Counted from the first letter of the stretch, positions 21,467-33,206 are shown. The stretch: 64,000 bases of DNA from an uncultured Methanosarcinaceae archaeon (GCA_963774465.1 CAVZFI010000001.1:12176-76175), one strand, 5' to 3'. Notes: a model not told the origin generated them from the letters alone. Numbers and translations: made by a program.

Positions 21467-22036
21467 TTAAGGCTGTTGTGCCGGATTTGCTCCTAAGTAG
21501 TTGCTTAAAACATCAACAACGTCCTTTTTGAAAGTCTCCAGGGTGAAATTGTTCTCAATTTCGACATTGGATGCTTCTATAGCTTCTCCCATGCCCCAGC
21601 CAAGTTCCCGCTCGTCCCGGCGGCGGAGCCCTTCTATGCTGTTCATATCGTCACTTCTGCCTCGCTTCTGAACTCTGGAAAAGCGGATTTCGATAGGAGC
21701 ATAAATAGAAATCAGGACAAAACCTTCTCCGAATTCTCGCCTGAAACACTCAACTTCAGCGATTCCACGTACTCCGTCCACGACCACAAGTTCGGAGCCT
21801 GTTTTCCTGATCTGAGAAACACAGCGTATGGCGACTGCGTCCATACCCTCGCATTTGCGAAGCTCTGTTGCAACCATTCCGGTATTGGAATCGTTGGGTT
21901 CAAGCCCACGCCTCAAGACTTCCCTCCGGATCACATCACCCATAATAATAACGGGAATGCCCATCTCAGCGGCAATTCTGGCAGCTTCTGATTTTCCAGA
22001 TGCTGGCATGCCTACGAATGCTATTATTTTCATCAA
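21467..22036 (-). CDS. UPF0200 family P-loop kinase (nucleoside monophosphate / dephospho-CoA kinase-like)
   Basis: GMPASGKS, MGDVIR, DGVR, RGRSDD, RD.REL..G. Confidence 0.88.
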   Translation of the reverse strand: MMKIIAFVGMPASGKSEAARIAAEMGIPVIIMGDVIRREVLRRGLEPNDSNTGMVATELRKCEGMDAVAIRCVSQIRKTGSELVVVDGVRGIAEVECFRREFGEGFVLISIYAPIEIRFSRVQKRGRSDDMNSIEGLRRRDERELGWGMGEAIEASNVEIENNFTLETFKKDVVDVLSNYLGANPAQQP

Positions 22037-22050
22037 AAATTACCTTTTAA

Positions 22051-22155
22051 ACTTGAATCATAGACTTGAATCATAGACTTGAATCATAGACTTGAATCAT
22101 AGATTTGAATCATAGATTTGAATCATAGATTTGAATTACAGATTTGAATCATTAG
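22051..22155. repeat. 13-bp tandem repeat x~8 (AYTTGAATCATAG)
   Basis: Read directly. Confidence 0.92.
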
Positions 22156-22474
22156 ATTTCAATTGTAATATAAATTAAAAACTCAATTTAATAAACTTTG
22201 ATCATAAACCTTAGTGGAAACTTGAATAATAGCTTAAATAGTAACTCAAATAACAGCTTAAATAATATAACCTGCACGTTAACCTATGAATATGATACGA
22301 TCCTAGTCAAACCACAGGATCATATATATTATTTCCTGAAAACTGGTACTTGAAGTAATTAAAAAATAGCAAACCAGATAAAGGAAAAGGAAAAAAGACA
22401 GGGAAAGACGAAAGGCAAAAAGGGAAAAAAGGCAAGTAAAAACCAGAGATAGTACAATGGGAGGGCTTCAACCC

Positions 22475-23719
22475 TCATGAAAACATCTTGTTGAAAACTG
22501 AAGCCTTAAAATCCACCAGCGGTTTGAGCCTGTAATCTTCAAGAAGTACCTTGCGAGTGCTTTCTACTGGAACGCTCAGGGAAATTTCTTTTGTCCGGCC
22601 ATAACGACCTTTGCTTACGACCACTGCGTTGACTATTCCCAGCATATCAAGTTCGGACATCAGGTCAGTAACCCTGCGCTGGGTAAGGATATCCACATCA
22701 ATGTGATGGCAGAGCTGGCGGTAGACATTGTACATCTCACCGGTTGTGACATTTTTGCCTTCTCTGCCTCTATTTCGTAGAAGAATAATACTATATAGTA
22801 CGAGTTTGGACTGAGTAGGGAGGGTTCTTACTACTTCTACCACGCGGTCGATTTCGATCTTTTCTTGAGCGCGCCTCACATGCTCTTCAAGAACCTGGGG
22901 CTGATTTTCTCTTTCTGCAATTTCCCCTGAAACCCTGAGAAGGTCAAGTGCACGGCGGGCATCGCCGTGTTCCTGGGCTGCAAAAGCAGCACATAGGGGA
23001 ATTACCATTTCACCCAGTACTCCGTCGTTGTAAGCCATTTTTGCCCTTTGCTTCAGGATATCGCTGATCTGTTCAGCATCATAAGGTGGAAAAATCAGTT
23101 CTTCTTCACCCAGGGAACTTTTAACCCTTGGGTCCAGAAACTCGGTGAATTTTAAATCGTTTGAAACCCCGATCATGCTTACTTTAGCTTTCCGAAGGTC
23201 TGTGTTGATTCTCGAAAGATTATAGAGTACATCATCGCCTTTTTTGATCAGCTTATCGATTTCATCCAGAATTATGATAATGACCTGCTCTCTGGAATCA
23301 ATTGCTTCCTTGAATTTCATGAAGACCTGATCAGTCGGCCAACCGGTCATAGGAACCTCTTCTTCGAAATGCCTGGCAAGGTTTGCAAGAAGCCGGTACT
23401 GCGTATCGATTACTTCACAATTGATATAGACAACAGAGCAAAAAAGTGATTTGTCTTCACTTACCCTTTCAAGTTCTTTTCCCACATACCGGGTCACCGC
23501 AGTCTTTCCTGTTCCTGTTTTTCCATAAATCAGCACATTGGAAGGAGTCTCTCCCCTGAGTGCGGAAACTAGGATTGTTGCAAGGCTGTTGATTTGTTCA
23601 TTCCTGTGCAGCAAAAGGTCAGGCGTGTAAGAAGGCCGAAGAACTTCTTTGTTTTTAAAAATTGATTTTCCATCAAGTAATTTTTCGAATAAGCCGTCTA
23701 ATGATTGAGCTTTTATCAT
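22475..23719 (-). CDS. cdc6: Orc1/Cdc6 replication initiator
   Basis: Walker A GKTGTGKT, Walker B LDEID, LDPRVKSS, GDARRA, winged-helix GRYGRT. Confidence 0.98.
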   Translation of the reverse strand: MIKAQSLDGLFEKLLDGKSIFKNKEVLRPSYTPDLLLHRNEQINSLATILVSALRGETPSNVLIYGKTGTGKTAVTRYVGKELERVSEDKSLFCSVVYINCEVIDTQYRLLANLARHFEEEVPMTGWPTDQVFMKFKEAIDSREQVIIIILDEIDKLIKKGDDVLYNLSRINTDLRKAKVSMIGVSNDLKFTEFLDPRVKSSLGEEELIFPPYDAEQISDILKQRAKMAYNDGVLGEMVIPLCAAFAAQEHGDARRALDLLRVSGEIAERENQPQVLEEHVRRAQEKIEIDRVVEVVRTLPTQSKLVLYSIILLRNRGREGKNVTTGEMYNVYRQLCHHIDVDILTQRRVTDLMSELDMLGIVNAVVVSKGRYGRTKEISLSVPVESTRKVLLEDYRLKPLVDFKASVFNKMFS

Positions 23720-24536
23720 GAATGACCCTCTATAAAAACTGATAATTCAAGAATGCAATGGGTTAAGACAGTTGATATACTCTTAGCGCAGATAATAAAT
23801 ATATCCAATTCGTATTATATATTCAATAGTATGAATGTATGAAATTAATTTATAAATTAATTATAATGTATGTAATTAATTTATAAAGTAGATAAACCAT
23901 ACAATATATTTTTTCCAATTATACTCTCAATTATTGTTATAAATTTAAGTAATTGAAAATCCTGTTAGGAGTTTGTTTTTAGGGAGCTGTGTTACTATGT
24001 TTTTCAAGCTTTTTTTTCAAGCTTTCAGCTGCAGGACAAACCTGCAGATTTTTAAACTTTTAAAGTGTTTTAAGCGCTTTTTTAGCGTTTACCTGTAGCA
24101 TGAAGCCAGGGGAAATTCAGGCTATCGTAAGCTCCCAACGTTTTTTAAATGATTGTGAATATGGGGGATATTGGAAAGAAGACATGATTTTTTCCAAAAC
24201 TTGAGCTAAAGTTTACTTTAGGATTTTTGAAATTTCAATTCATTATTCTTTGTACTTTTTATGAGAAACCTGTGAACTCCTTCTCATGGAGAGAAAGGGA
24301 TAGAAGATACATGTCTCTTATAGTTAATGCCTGAAATTCTTATTCTCTACAAATCACTTCTTAAATGTAGGGGCAAGTCTCACATGCTGGAGAGCATTTC
24401 TAAAGCCCCGATAAAACCTATATTCCGGATCTTCTTTAGTCAAAATTTTAGATGAAATTGGTATATAAGCAAGTAATTTTAAGTTACATTTGCAGTAGAT
24501 GCAATGGAAGTACACCGTATTAATTGTTATGGTAAA

Positions 24537-24558
24537 GACCCCTTTATTTCCACTGGAA
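24537..24558 (-). promoter_or_regulatory. ORB
   Basis: Reverse complement TTCCAGTGGAAATAAAGGGGTC. Confidence 0.92.
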
Positions 24559-24831
24559 ATTACTTTTGCCTTAAATATCTGCCAGGGAAATCAATATATG
24601 AGGGCGCATTCTTTTTAAAACAAAATATTAAGGATTCCAGAACCAATGAAGGTCAAATTTAAATCCCTCTTTTCGCATGGAAGATAGTACAAAAATTATT
24701 GGCTTTTTTACTTAAACTTAAAGAATAAAAATTTTTGTATAAAAACGGACCGCTTATGCGGCAATTTCAGTTTTTACTTTGATTATTTCAAATCCAATAT
24801 GTTACTGTACAATTGTACTCGGTACATTCTC

Positions 24832-24933
24832 TACAATCTTTACAATCATATAATCTTTACAATCATACAATCTTTACAATCATACAATCTGTATAATCAT
24901 ACAATCTGTATAATCATACAATCTATATAATCA
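24832..24933. repeat. 17-bp tandem repeat x6 (TAYAATCTDTAYAATCA)
   Basis: Read directly, within the oriC region. Confidence 0.88.
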
Positions 24934-25387
24934 TATAATTTGTTCATATAATTTGTACAATTATACAATCTGCACAATTAGACATAGTAAGATGGGATAA
25001 GATTTAGGTAAACTTCAAAGTATTTTCTATCAAGAGAATCTCGTTGAATACTTCCTATTCTGATCCATTTTTATGGGGGTTTTATTATTGAAAGTTTTAA
25101 CAAACTGGTGGTTTAGCTAATTATCTCCGAAGCTGCGTAAAAAAACAGATTAAAAAGGTGTAAACGATGTTAAAGGACAAAAAGGAGATAAACGAAAGAA
25201 AACGAAAAAACAAAAGAGAATCAAGGAAAAGAAAATGAAAGAGGGTATGAGAAAAATTAAGGAAGAAAGAAATCAAGGAAATGAAGAATCAAGGAAATGA
25301 AGAATCAAGGAAATGAGAAAAATGAAAGAGATGAAAGAACATGAGAACAATTAAGAAAATGGAAAGAAATGAAGAGTTTAAGGGGAA

Positions 25388-25409
25388 GACCCCTTTATTT
25401 CCATTGGAA
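25388..25409 (-). promoter_or_regulatory. ORB
   Basis: Reverse complement TTCCAATGGAAATAAAGGGGTC. Confidence 0.9.
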
Positions 25410-25426
25410 AGTTTATATAACCCCCG

Positions 25427-25448
25427 GACCCCATGATTTCCACAGAAG
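25427..25448 (-). promoter_or_regulatory. Degenerate ORB
   Basis: Reverse complement TTCTGTGGAAATCATGGGGTC. Confidence 0.7.
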
Positions 25449-25759
25449 AGAGTTTAAGGTCCTATACAGCAAAATAAAACTTTGTTTTATTTAGTTTAAA
25501 GCAAAATACTGTTGTTTAGTTATAAAATTAATAGTATATATAGGTTAGTATAATAAAACATAATTTATAGAAAATTTTCAGACAAATTTAATTGTAAAAT
25601 TTCTTGGATAAATTTTCTGGGAATTCCCGAGAAATTTCATTTAGAAATTCAATCTAAATCCTGTTATTTTAGTGTTAAAACTAAATTTTAGTTTTTTTAT
25701 TATTTTTAAAATTATTGATATATCTGGAAAATTCACTTTCCCTAGAATCACGGAAACCC

Positions 25760-25781
25760 CTCCAGTGGAAATATAGGGGTC
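25760..25781 (+). promoter_or_regulatory. ORB, inverted relative to the other three
   Basis: CTCCAGTGGAAATATAGGGGTC. Confidence 0.9.
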
Positions 25782-26226
25782 TCTCTCCGCTCAAGACATT
25801 GTTACGATTGCAATACCCTTCCGTTCCCGTTTTTAATAAAATCTACAATAAGAAAACATGAAATTCGTATTTTGCTTCCTATTTTCATTTCTTTTTCAAC
25901 GAACTAAATTCCCTATCTTCTTCATTTTTTCTACTACTAAATTTCTCATTTTTTTTATCTATTTTTCTTCGATTTTTTAGTAAAAATTCTCTGAGCACTT
26001 ACTCACTCTGCGAGTGTTCACATATTTTTTCTTGTGATCTCTTTTGTAACAATCTCTTTTTGTAACATTATGTCATTCGGATAAGTTGGACCAAGTCAAT
26101 TGTAATTTACTTCAATTGTAACTTATGTCTATTGTAATTTCTTTGGGCACCATAAAGAGTGTATTAAGCAATTTTATGGTTATATTCCATAAGTCTTTTA
26201 AATAAAACTGGTTTTACCTTATCTAT

Positions 26227-27414
26227 ATGAATGAGCAGGGTCTTTCTGAAAAAGAAATATTTTCCTATCTGGAAAATGTAAAGTCAGAAGATACGGACTA
26301 CTACAGGGTTTTAAGTTCAATGTGCACTCACCCTCATAAAATCGCGGTTGAGGCTCACAAGCTCTTTATTGAGTCTAACCTGGGCGACCTTGGACTTTTT
26401 GCAGGTGCCCACAGGCTTGAAAAAGAAGTGATAAAGATGCTTGGGGAACTTCTTCATGCTCCGTCTATCGAAACTTCTTCAGGAGAGTTATATAAGAGTT
26501 CGGTCTGCGGTTACCTTACGACAGGGGGTACCGAATCTAACATACAGGCTGTCAGGTGCATGAAAAACATCGTAACTGCGGAAAAGAAAGAGTTAGGGAA
26601 AATTCCCAATATAGTTATTCCGGAATCAGCTCATTTTTCATTTGACAAGGTCGCTGATATGATGGGTATCGAAGTTAAAAGAGCCTTTCTAGACTCTGAG
26701 TTCAAAGTGGACCCTGTCTCTGTGGAGAGCCTGATAGATGAAAATACCATCGGGCTTGTAGGAATTGCAGGAAACACGGAATTTGGACAGGTAGATCCTG
26801 TTGAGAAACTCGCAAAACTTGCTCTTGAACATAAACTATTCCTTCACATCGATGCAGCTTTTGGAGGCTTTGTGATCCCGTTCCTTGAAAATCCATATCC
26901 TTTCGATTTCAAAGTCCAAGGCGTTACATCCATCGCAATAGATCCCCATAAGATGGGCCTTTCCACAATCCCATCAGGTGCCCTGCTGTTCAGGTCTCCT
27001 TCTTTCCTGGATTCTCTTAAGGTGAATACTCCATACCTTACCACAAAGGCGCAGTTTACTCTCACAGGCACCCGCAGCGGGGCTTCAGCTGCTGCTACAT
27101 ATGCCGTAATGAAACATCTAGGCCGTGAAGGATATGTAAAAAATGTACAATATTGTATGCAGCTTACAGCAAAACTGGTCGAGGAAGCTAGAAAACTCGG
27201 TTTTGAACCTCTGCTCGAACCTGTAATGAATGTAGTTGCCCTGAGAGTTCCAAGCCCTGACCTTGTCCGGGAACAGCTTCTCAGGAAGTACGGCTGGAAC
27301 GTCTCAATTACCCGTACCCCCAGATCTCTCCGCCTGGTTCTGATGCCTCACAATACAGCCCGAGACGTCGAAGAATTTATCCAGGATCTAAAAAAAGTAA
27401 CAGTAGAATTTTAA
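26227..27414 (+). CDS. mfnA: L-tyrosine/L-aspartate decarboxylase (PLP-dependent)
   Basis: [31 protein letters not shown]. Confidence 0.95.
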   Translation: MNEQGLSEKEIFSYLENVKSEDTDYYRVLSSMCTHPHKIAVEAHKLFIESNLGDLGLFAGAHRLEKEVIKMLGELLHAPSIETSSGELYKSSVCGYLTTGGTESNIQAVRCMKNIVTAEKKELGKIPNIVIPESAHFSFDKVADMMGIEVKRAFLDSEFKVDPVSVESLIDENTIGLVGIAGNTEFGQVDPVEKLAKLALEHKLFLHIDAAFGGFVIPFLENPYPFDFKVQGVTSIAIDPHKMGLSTIPSGALLFRSPSFLDSLKVNTPYLTTKAQFTLTGTRSGASAAATYAVMKHLGREGYVKNVQYCMQLTAKLVEEARKLGFEPLLEPVMNVVALRVPSPDLVREQLLRKYGWNVSITRTPRSLRLVLMPHNTARDVEEFIQDLKKVTVEF

Positions 27415-27458
27415 AACCATTAATTAGAAACTTTAAAACCATTAATTATCTTATTCAA

Positions 27459-27557
27459 CCTTATATTTCCCTTATATTTCCCTTATATTTCCCTTATATT
27501 ATCCTTATATTTCCCTTATATTTCCCTTATATTTCCCTTATATTTCCCTTATATTTC
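27459..27557. repeat. 11-bp tandem repeat x~9 (CCTTATATTTC)
   Basis: Read directly. Confidence 0.92.
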
Positions 27558-27957
27558 CTTTGCATCTATCTAACACTTACCTTCATTTTTCTCTCTAAGT
27601 ATTTTTTCTAAACTTATTAGTTTGTTAATCACGCACAAACAAATATCTATAATATAATTGCCAAATAGCATATTGGGTCAGTTATTTTTATGGGGATAAA
27701 TTGTGAGGGTAACTTTATGATTAGAACTAACGAAAAGTTCCAATTTGCCAATAAGTAAAAACGATAAATAACAGCAAGTAATACAATTTGCAGTACTAAG
27801 GATTGGGCGTTTAAGGTTGAGATCTCATGTTAAGGTTTATAACTTAAAAATTCATAATTTAATAAAGATATAATAAGCAAGGAGTTTTTTGAAATTCAAA
27901 TTTACCGTTTTATCACGTACATAATATTATAGAAATGAGGATGGGGGTATTTACTTA

Positions 27958-29052
27958 ATGAAGTCGTCATTGAAAATAGGAAGTGTAATGGGTATACCTA
28001 TCAAACTGCACATAACTTTTCTTCTGATACTGCCCATTTTTGCTTATGTGTTTGCGATCAACCCGCAGCCATTTGGTTTTGAGGGAGTTGAACCGTCGAC
28101 CACGAGGTATGCACTTTCAGCCCTTACAGCCATTCTGCTTTTTGCTTCAATTCTATTACATGAACTTGCACACTCATATATGGCAAGGCGTTACGGGGTC
28201 AATATTGAGAGCATTACTCTCTTCCTTTTTGGAGGAGTGTCGGCTATGGAAGAGATGCCCAGGAAACCCGGACAGGAAGCAAAAATGGCATTTGCCGGAC
28301 CTTTTACGAGCCTCGTAATAGGCTCGATTTGCCTCTTTATATATGGAAATTTTATTTATCCTAACCCTTCACTTTCTCAAAACCCTGTATACCTTACTCT
28401 CTGGATTCTTGGAGCCATGAACCTCATACTCGGGATCTTTAACCTACTGCCCGCTTTTCCAATGGATGGAGGCAGGGTACTCCGTTCTCTCTATGCAAGA
28501 AGAATGTCTTATGTGAAAGCTACCCAGAGTGCAGCAGCCGTTGGAAAATTTTTTGCCATTCTCATGGCGATTTTCGGAATTCTTGTAAGGAATCTCTGGT
28601 TCCCTCTGATCGCGCTCTTTATTTATGTCGGCGCATCTGAAGAGGAACGTTCTACTCGCGCCGAGGTAACTCTCGAAAATATCCTGGTCAGGGATATTAT
28701 GACGAAGAATGTAGTTTCCGTTAATCCTTCCATGAGTGTTGAAGACCTGGTTCAGTTTATGTTTGAGAAAAAACACATGGGGTATCCTGTAATGGATGGA
28801 AATAGCCTGAGAGGGATCGTAACCTTTACCGATATCCAGCGTGTTCCATATCTTGAACGTCCTGTGGCTCTGGTCTCGGATATCATGACCAAAGATGTCA
28901 TATCCGTACCTCCGGATGCACAGGCCAGCGATGTCCTTAAATTGGTTTCCTCCAAGAACATAGGAAGGGTTATTGTCATTGATAACGGTGCGGTTGTAGG
29001 AATCCTTTCAAGAACAGATCTTGTACGGATTCTGAAACTCAGGTCAGAGTAA
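27958..29052 (+). CDS. Site-2 (M50) metalloprotease with C-terminal CBS pair
   Basis: HELAH, AGP, FNLLPAFPMDGG, CBS pair. Confidence 0.95.
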   Translation: MKSSLKIGSVMGIPIKLHITFLLILPIFAYVFAINPQPFGFEGVEPSTTRYALSALTAILLFASILLHELAHSYMARRYGVNIESITLFLFGGVSAMEEMPRKPGQEAKMAFAGPFTSLVIGSICLFIYGNFIYPNPSLSQNPVYLTLWILGAMNLILGIFNLLPAFPMDGGRVLRSLYARRMSYVKATQSAAAVGKFFAILMAIFGILVRNLWFPLIALFIYVGASEEERSTRAEVTLENILVRDIMTKNVVSVNPSMSVEDLVQFMFEKKHMGYPVMDGNSLRGIVTFTDIQRVPYLERPVALVSDIMTKDVISVPPDAQASDVLKLVSSKNIGRVIVIDNGAVVGILSRTDLVRILKLRSE

Positions 29053-29518
29053 TATTCTGAATGCCTCCTGCATCAAAAGAGATTTCTCAAAGGAAGTTTC
29101 TCAAAGGAAGTTTATCCAAACAAGTTTATCAAAAGATATTTTTACCAAAAGACACTACTTTAGTAAGTTTTTTATGAATAAGGATACTTATGGAAATGTA
29201 TAAGTCTATGTAGTATTATATAAAATGGGGGTTATAGAAGTAGTGATGAAAATTCTAAAGGCAGGAAAATATAAATCTCTGGCAGGTAATTGACACTAGT
29301 TAATTACTGCTTGTAGCTAAGTTCTTTATAGCTAAGTTATTTTGTATCTAAGTTATAGCTAATTCTTTGTAGCTAAGTTCTTTATAGCTAAGTTATTTTG
29401 TAGCTTGGTTATTTTATGTGGAGAGCTTAATTATTCATGCGATTGCGATTAAATACAATCCTTCAAGTGATGTATTCTCATTCATCACTTCTCATTCGTC
29501 GCAGCAGAGAGATTAACA

Positions 29519-31027
29519 ATGGACAAACCTGAAATTACAGATTCTCAGGACAAGGACCCTGACTATAGTTTTCATAGTTCATCTCAGGAGTCAATATATT
29601 CTATGGACAAACTTGTGACAGAATCCGCAGAAAATTCCATTTCTGTCGGAAAGTCTAAACTTTTTGATTCTTCAATTAACATGGCAGAGGAAGGTAAAGT
29701 CTCTGTGCCGGCATCCGAAATAGATTCCGGCGAGATTGAAGCAAAGCTCGATATAAGTTCCGAACTTATTCCTGAGTCAATCTCAATCCCTTTATCTTCG
29801 CAATCTCCAGACGGGAACCAGGCCGAATGCCAGCCTTCAAAAATAGTGCTCATAGGTACAGCCCATGTTTCGGAAAAGAGTGTCGCCGAGGTTAAGGCTA
29901 CTATCAGAAATCTGAAGCCAGATATTGTAGCCGTCGAACTCTGCAGGGGACGCTATGACAATATGAAGGGAAATGTGCAGGAAAGTCAGGTTCCTATCAA
30001 GGAAATTCTTTCTGAAGGAAAAATCTCCTACTACGTTATTCAGTGGCTGCTTGCCTATATGCAGAAAAAAATCGGCGATGATATGGGCGTAAAACCCGGC
30101 GCTGAGATGCTTTCTGCGATCGAGGAAGCCGAGTCTACCGGGGCTAAAGTTGCCTTAATTGACCGGGACATCCAGGTTACGCTTCAGCGCTTCTGGGGAA
30201 AGATGAAATTCCTGGAAAAAATCAAGATGATTGGCTCCCTGCTAGGTGGTCTCATAGGAATCGGGAAAGGAACTGAGATCGATATCGATGAAATCACAGA
30301 GCAGGACGTTGTGACCGCCCTTGTAAGTGAACTCAGGGGTTTTGCCCCGACTGCGGCTGAGGTTCTCATTGATGAACGGGACGCGTATCTTGCAGGAAAC
30401 ATCCTCAAGGTCGCTGCAGGCGGAAACAAAACTGTCGTTGTGGTGATTGGAGCTGGGCACAAACCTGGAATAATTAATTATCTAAAAAATCCGAAAAGTG
30501 TTCCCTCCCTGAATACTCTTATGGAGATTCCGAAGAAACGCATCGGCATTGGCAAAGTTATAGGCTTTGGTTTTGTCGGCCTTATAGCTGCATTCTTTTT
30601 GCTACTGCTTCTTTCCGGCGTTCCGCTGAAACTTCTTTTAATAGCTTTCGGGTGGTGGTTCATTATCACCGGGACCCTGAGCGCAGCCGGCACTCTGCTC
30701 GCAGGCGGCCATCCTTACTCAGTTTTGACTGCCTTTTCTGTTGCCTGGCTAACCACCCTGCACCCTCTGATTGCCGCAGGCTGGTTTGCTGGTCTGGTAG
30801 AAGCAAGGCAGCGAAATCCTACTACTGCAGACATAAAAGCCCTTGCAGGGATAGAAACCTTCAGGGAAATGTTCAAAAACAAATTCATGCGAGTCCTTCT
30901 TGTCGCAAGCTTCGCAAATATAGGAGCCATGACAGGGACTTTTGTTGGAGCTTATGTCATGATGCAGGTTACTGGCCTTGACCCGAGGGATATTCTCCTT
31001 GCCGGCTTCAATGCAATTGGACTCTAA
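29519..31027 (+). CDS. TraB/PrgY family protein with acidic N-terminal extension and C-terminal TM segments
   Basis: GTAHVS, VAVELC, PG.EM, DERD, V.GAGH. Confidence 0.92.
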   Translation: MDKPEITDSQDKDPDYSFHSSSQESIYSMDKLVTESAENSISVGKSKLFDSSINMAEEGKVSVPASEIDSGEIEAKLDISSELIPESISIPLSSQSPDGNQAECQPSKIVLIGTAHVSEKSVAEVKATIRNLKPDIVAVELCRGRYDNMKGNVQESQVPIKEILSEGKISYYVIQWLLAYMQKKIGDDMGVKPGAEMLSAIEEAESTGAKVALIDRDIQVTLQRFWGKMKFLEKIKMIGSLLGGLIGIGKGTEIDIDEITEQDVVTALVSELRGFAPTAAEVLIDERDAYLAGNILKVAAGGNKTVVVVIGAGHKPGIINYLKNPKSVPSLNTLMEIPKKRIGIGKVIGFGFVGLIAAFFLLLLLSGVPLKLLLIAFGWWFIITGTLSAAGTLLAGGHPYSVLTAFSVAWLTTLHPLIAAGWFAGLVEARQRNPTTADIKALAGIETFREMFKNKFMRVLLVASFANIGAMTGTFVGAYVMMQVTGLDPRDILLAGFNAIGL

Positions 31028-31132
31028 AGACTCTGACATCCCTGATATACCTAACATCCCTGATTCCCTGTATAGCTCTGAAACAATCAGGCACCTGATT
31101 CTCTCTTTAATATAGTTTCGAAAAACCAGCCA

Positions 31133-31156
31133 GGGAAGCCAATCTTCCCCTTTTTT
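31133..31156 (+). terminator. Hairpin plus T tract after the TraB-family gene
   Basis: GGGAAG-CCAAT-CTTCCC-CTTTTTT. Confidence 0.55.
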
Positions 31157-31224
31157 GGCATCTCTTCTTTATTAGCCTTTCCGTTTTTCTGTCCTTTTTC
31201 TTACTCTATCTTTACTCTGTGAAA

Positions 31225-31322
31225 GAGAAATTATAAACGAGAAATTGTAAAAGAGAAATTGTAAAAGAGAAATTGTAAAAGAGAAATTGTAAACGAGAAA
31301 TTGTAAACGAGAAATTGTAAAA
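31225..31322. repeat. 14-bp tandem repeat x7 (GAGAAATTGTAAAM)
   Basis: Read directly. Confidence 0.92.
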
Positions 31323-31323
31323 G

Positions 31324-31359
<36 letters not shown>

Positions 31360-31387
31360 GAAAAAGAAAATGTAAAAGATTTAGAGC

Positions 31388-32281
31388 TCAGAAGAGCTCG
31401 TGTAATTTGAACTGATATTTTCCGAGTTTTCCGCCGTAGTTTCCTGCGGAGATTTTCTTAATACCTGGGACAGTTACAGCGGCTTTGATTCCTGCTTTCA
31501 TGGCAGCTTTTATACACTCTTCATCAAGCCCATTGATAACTATCTCATAAACAGCGTTGACATCTGCCGGGATTTCAGTGTTCTCAACCTTATCCTTTAT
31601 GGAGGGGCAGAATTTTTCATTAGCAGTAGCTTTCAGGAATTTGTATTTGTTTGCTCCGGATTTGGATCCGCTAGCTACAATGCCGCCAGGGAAGGGGGTA
31701 ATTGTGCCTTCAAGCTCTGCAATTGCATCAACAGCAGCTTCGGCTGCGGTCAGGGCACTCATCTGGGAGTCCCCGAAGATGAAGAAGTTTCCGCCTGCAA
31801 TTCCTGCTACAGCTCCTACGTTTTCTTCGGTCTGGAAATCCCCTTCCATAATTGGGATCTTATATACCTTGCGGCCTGCTATCTGGGTTTCGGATTCCAT
31901 ACCGTCTGCGAAGAATTTGAGTTTAAAGCCTACATTAAACTGTTTTTCAGCTTCAGGAAGCCCGTTGAAGACTGCAGTTGTAGGGGCAGTAAGTACACAC
32001 TGTCCAATCCTTTCAAGCAGTTGCTCTTCCAGGGCTTCGTATTTGAAAGTACAGATCTGGATGTAAACACCAGGCCTTCCGTCAGGGGTCTCGCTGGGGC
32101 TCGCTAACCTTTCAATTCCTGCTTCTGCGGGACACATTATAACGGATGTCGCAAAACCTGTAGCTTCAGTAGCTGCCACAAGGGCCCAGCGCCTGGTAAC
32201 GGCTGTTATCAGCACCCGCGCAATCTTGATCGGAAACGCTTCTGCATATGTATCTTCGATTTCTACTCCATTGATTTCTAT
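31388..32281 (-). CDS. ftr: Formylmethanofuran-tetrahydromethanopterin formyltransferase; ATA at the initiator position
   Basis: The frame continues upstream of the ORF-track start as (ATA)EINGVEIEDTYAEAFPIKIARV, the known Ftr N-terminus. Also TPDGRPG and SAGNYGGKLG. Confidence 0.95.
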   Translation of the reverse strand: MEINGVEIEDTYAEAFPIKIARVLITAVTRRWALVAATEATGFATSVIMCPAEAGIERLASPSETPDGRPGVYIQICTFKYEALEEQLLERIGQCVLTAPTTAVFNGLPEAEKQFNVGFKLKFFADGMESETQIAGRKVYKIPIMEGDFQTEENVGAVAGIAGGNFFIFGDSQMSALTAAEAAVDAIAELEGTITPFPGGIVASGSKSGANKYKFLKATANEKFCPSIKDKVENTEIPADVNAVYEIVINGLDEECIKAAMKAGIKAAVTVPGIKKISAGNYGGKLGKYQFKLHELF

Positions 32282-32703
32282 AAAAATCCCTCATTTGTTT
32301 GTTATTGTTATCTGGAGATTAGTTTACGAATATTCAGGTTTGATCTGTCCTTGCAATTAGTTTATGAATATTCAGGTTTGATCTTTCCTGCTTTTCCGCT
32401 TTCTATAATCTTTCAGAATCTTCCAGATACCTTACAGAATAACATAGAATATAGTACTTACTCAAAGTGTAATTCAAAGTGTTACTTAACCTCAGACATA
32501 CACTTAAAGTTTTATGCTACTTTTATTTTTTTCCGTTTTATAATGGGTTGATAACGTCAATTATAATATTTATATCAAATATATAATTTTTCAGAGAAAA
32601 GGTAGAGAACCAAAAATTAGCTATCCGGTAAGTTCCAAAAATATCTATCAGGAGCTAAATAATAACTAAACAGTTAAAAAGGCAAAAACAGGTCTATTCC
32701 CAT

Positions 32704-33183
32704 TCAGATTATTTTATCTCCTCTCAAAATAGTTCTTACGAGGAGGTCGCCAGTAGAGGTATCAAGGGTAATCGTGCGCCCGTAATTTTTTCCCGTGTCC
32801 TCGGCTACGACTGGTATTTCAAGGTTTTTCAGGGTACTTCTGGCCCATTCTATATTTCTTTCACCTATATTCATGTGCTTGTTTTCAAACATATGGGCTC
32901 CTCCTACAAGTTTTGCTTCAAGCTTTTTTCTTGAAGAGCCTCTTTTCACTATCTCCTCTGCAAGATACTCTATTCCGGAATCTGTAAATTTTAAAGGGTT
33001 ATCCTTTATCCGTGCATTATTTATACTTGGAAGCGTTGCATGGACAAGCCCTCCTATTTTCTCCCGCCTGTCATAAAGTGTTATACCTACACATGAGCCC
33101 AATCCTAAGGTTTTAATTTTTACCGGACTCCTGGCTAATGCGCAATCTCCTATGCCCACTATAACTGTGCCTGAGTCGGTCAA
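32704..33183 (-). CDS. cheD: Chemoreceptor glutamine deamidase
   Basis: LGSCVG, GGA.MF, IG.RN, EDTG..YGR. Confidence 0.95.
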   Translation of the reverse strand: MTDSGTVIVGIGDCALARSPVKIKTLGLGSCVGITLYDRREKIGGLVHATLPSINNARIKDNPLKFTDSGIEYLAEEIVKRGSSRKKLEAKLVGGAHMFENKHMNIGERNIEWARSTLKNLEIPVVAEDTGKNYGRTITLDTSTGDLLVRTILRGDKII

Positions 33184-33206
33184 CTTAAAAAACCTCCCTG
33201 ATTTGG

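Larger units (their letters stand above)
23720..26226. other. Replication origin (oriC) region
   Basis: 2.5-kb ORF-free region next to cdc6, with four ORBs and an AT-rich core at ~25450-25750. Confidence 0.9.
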
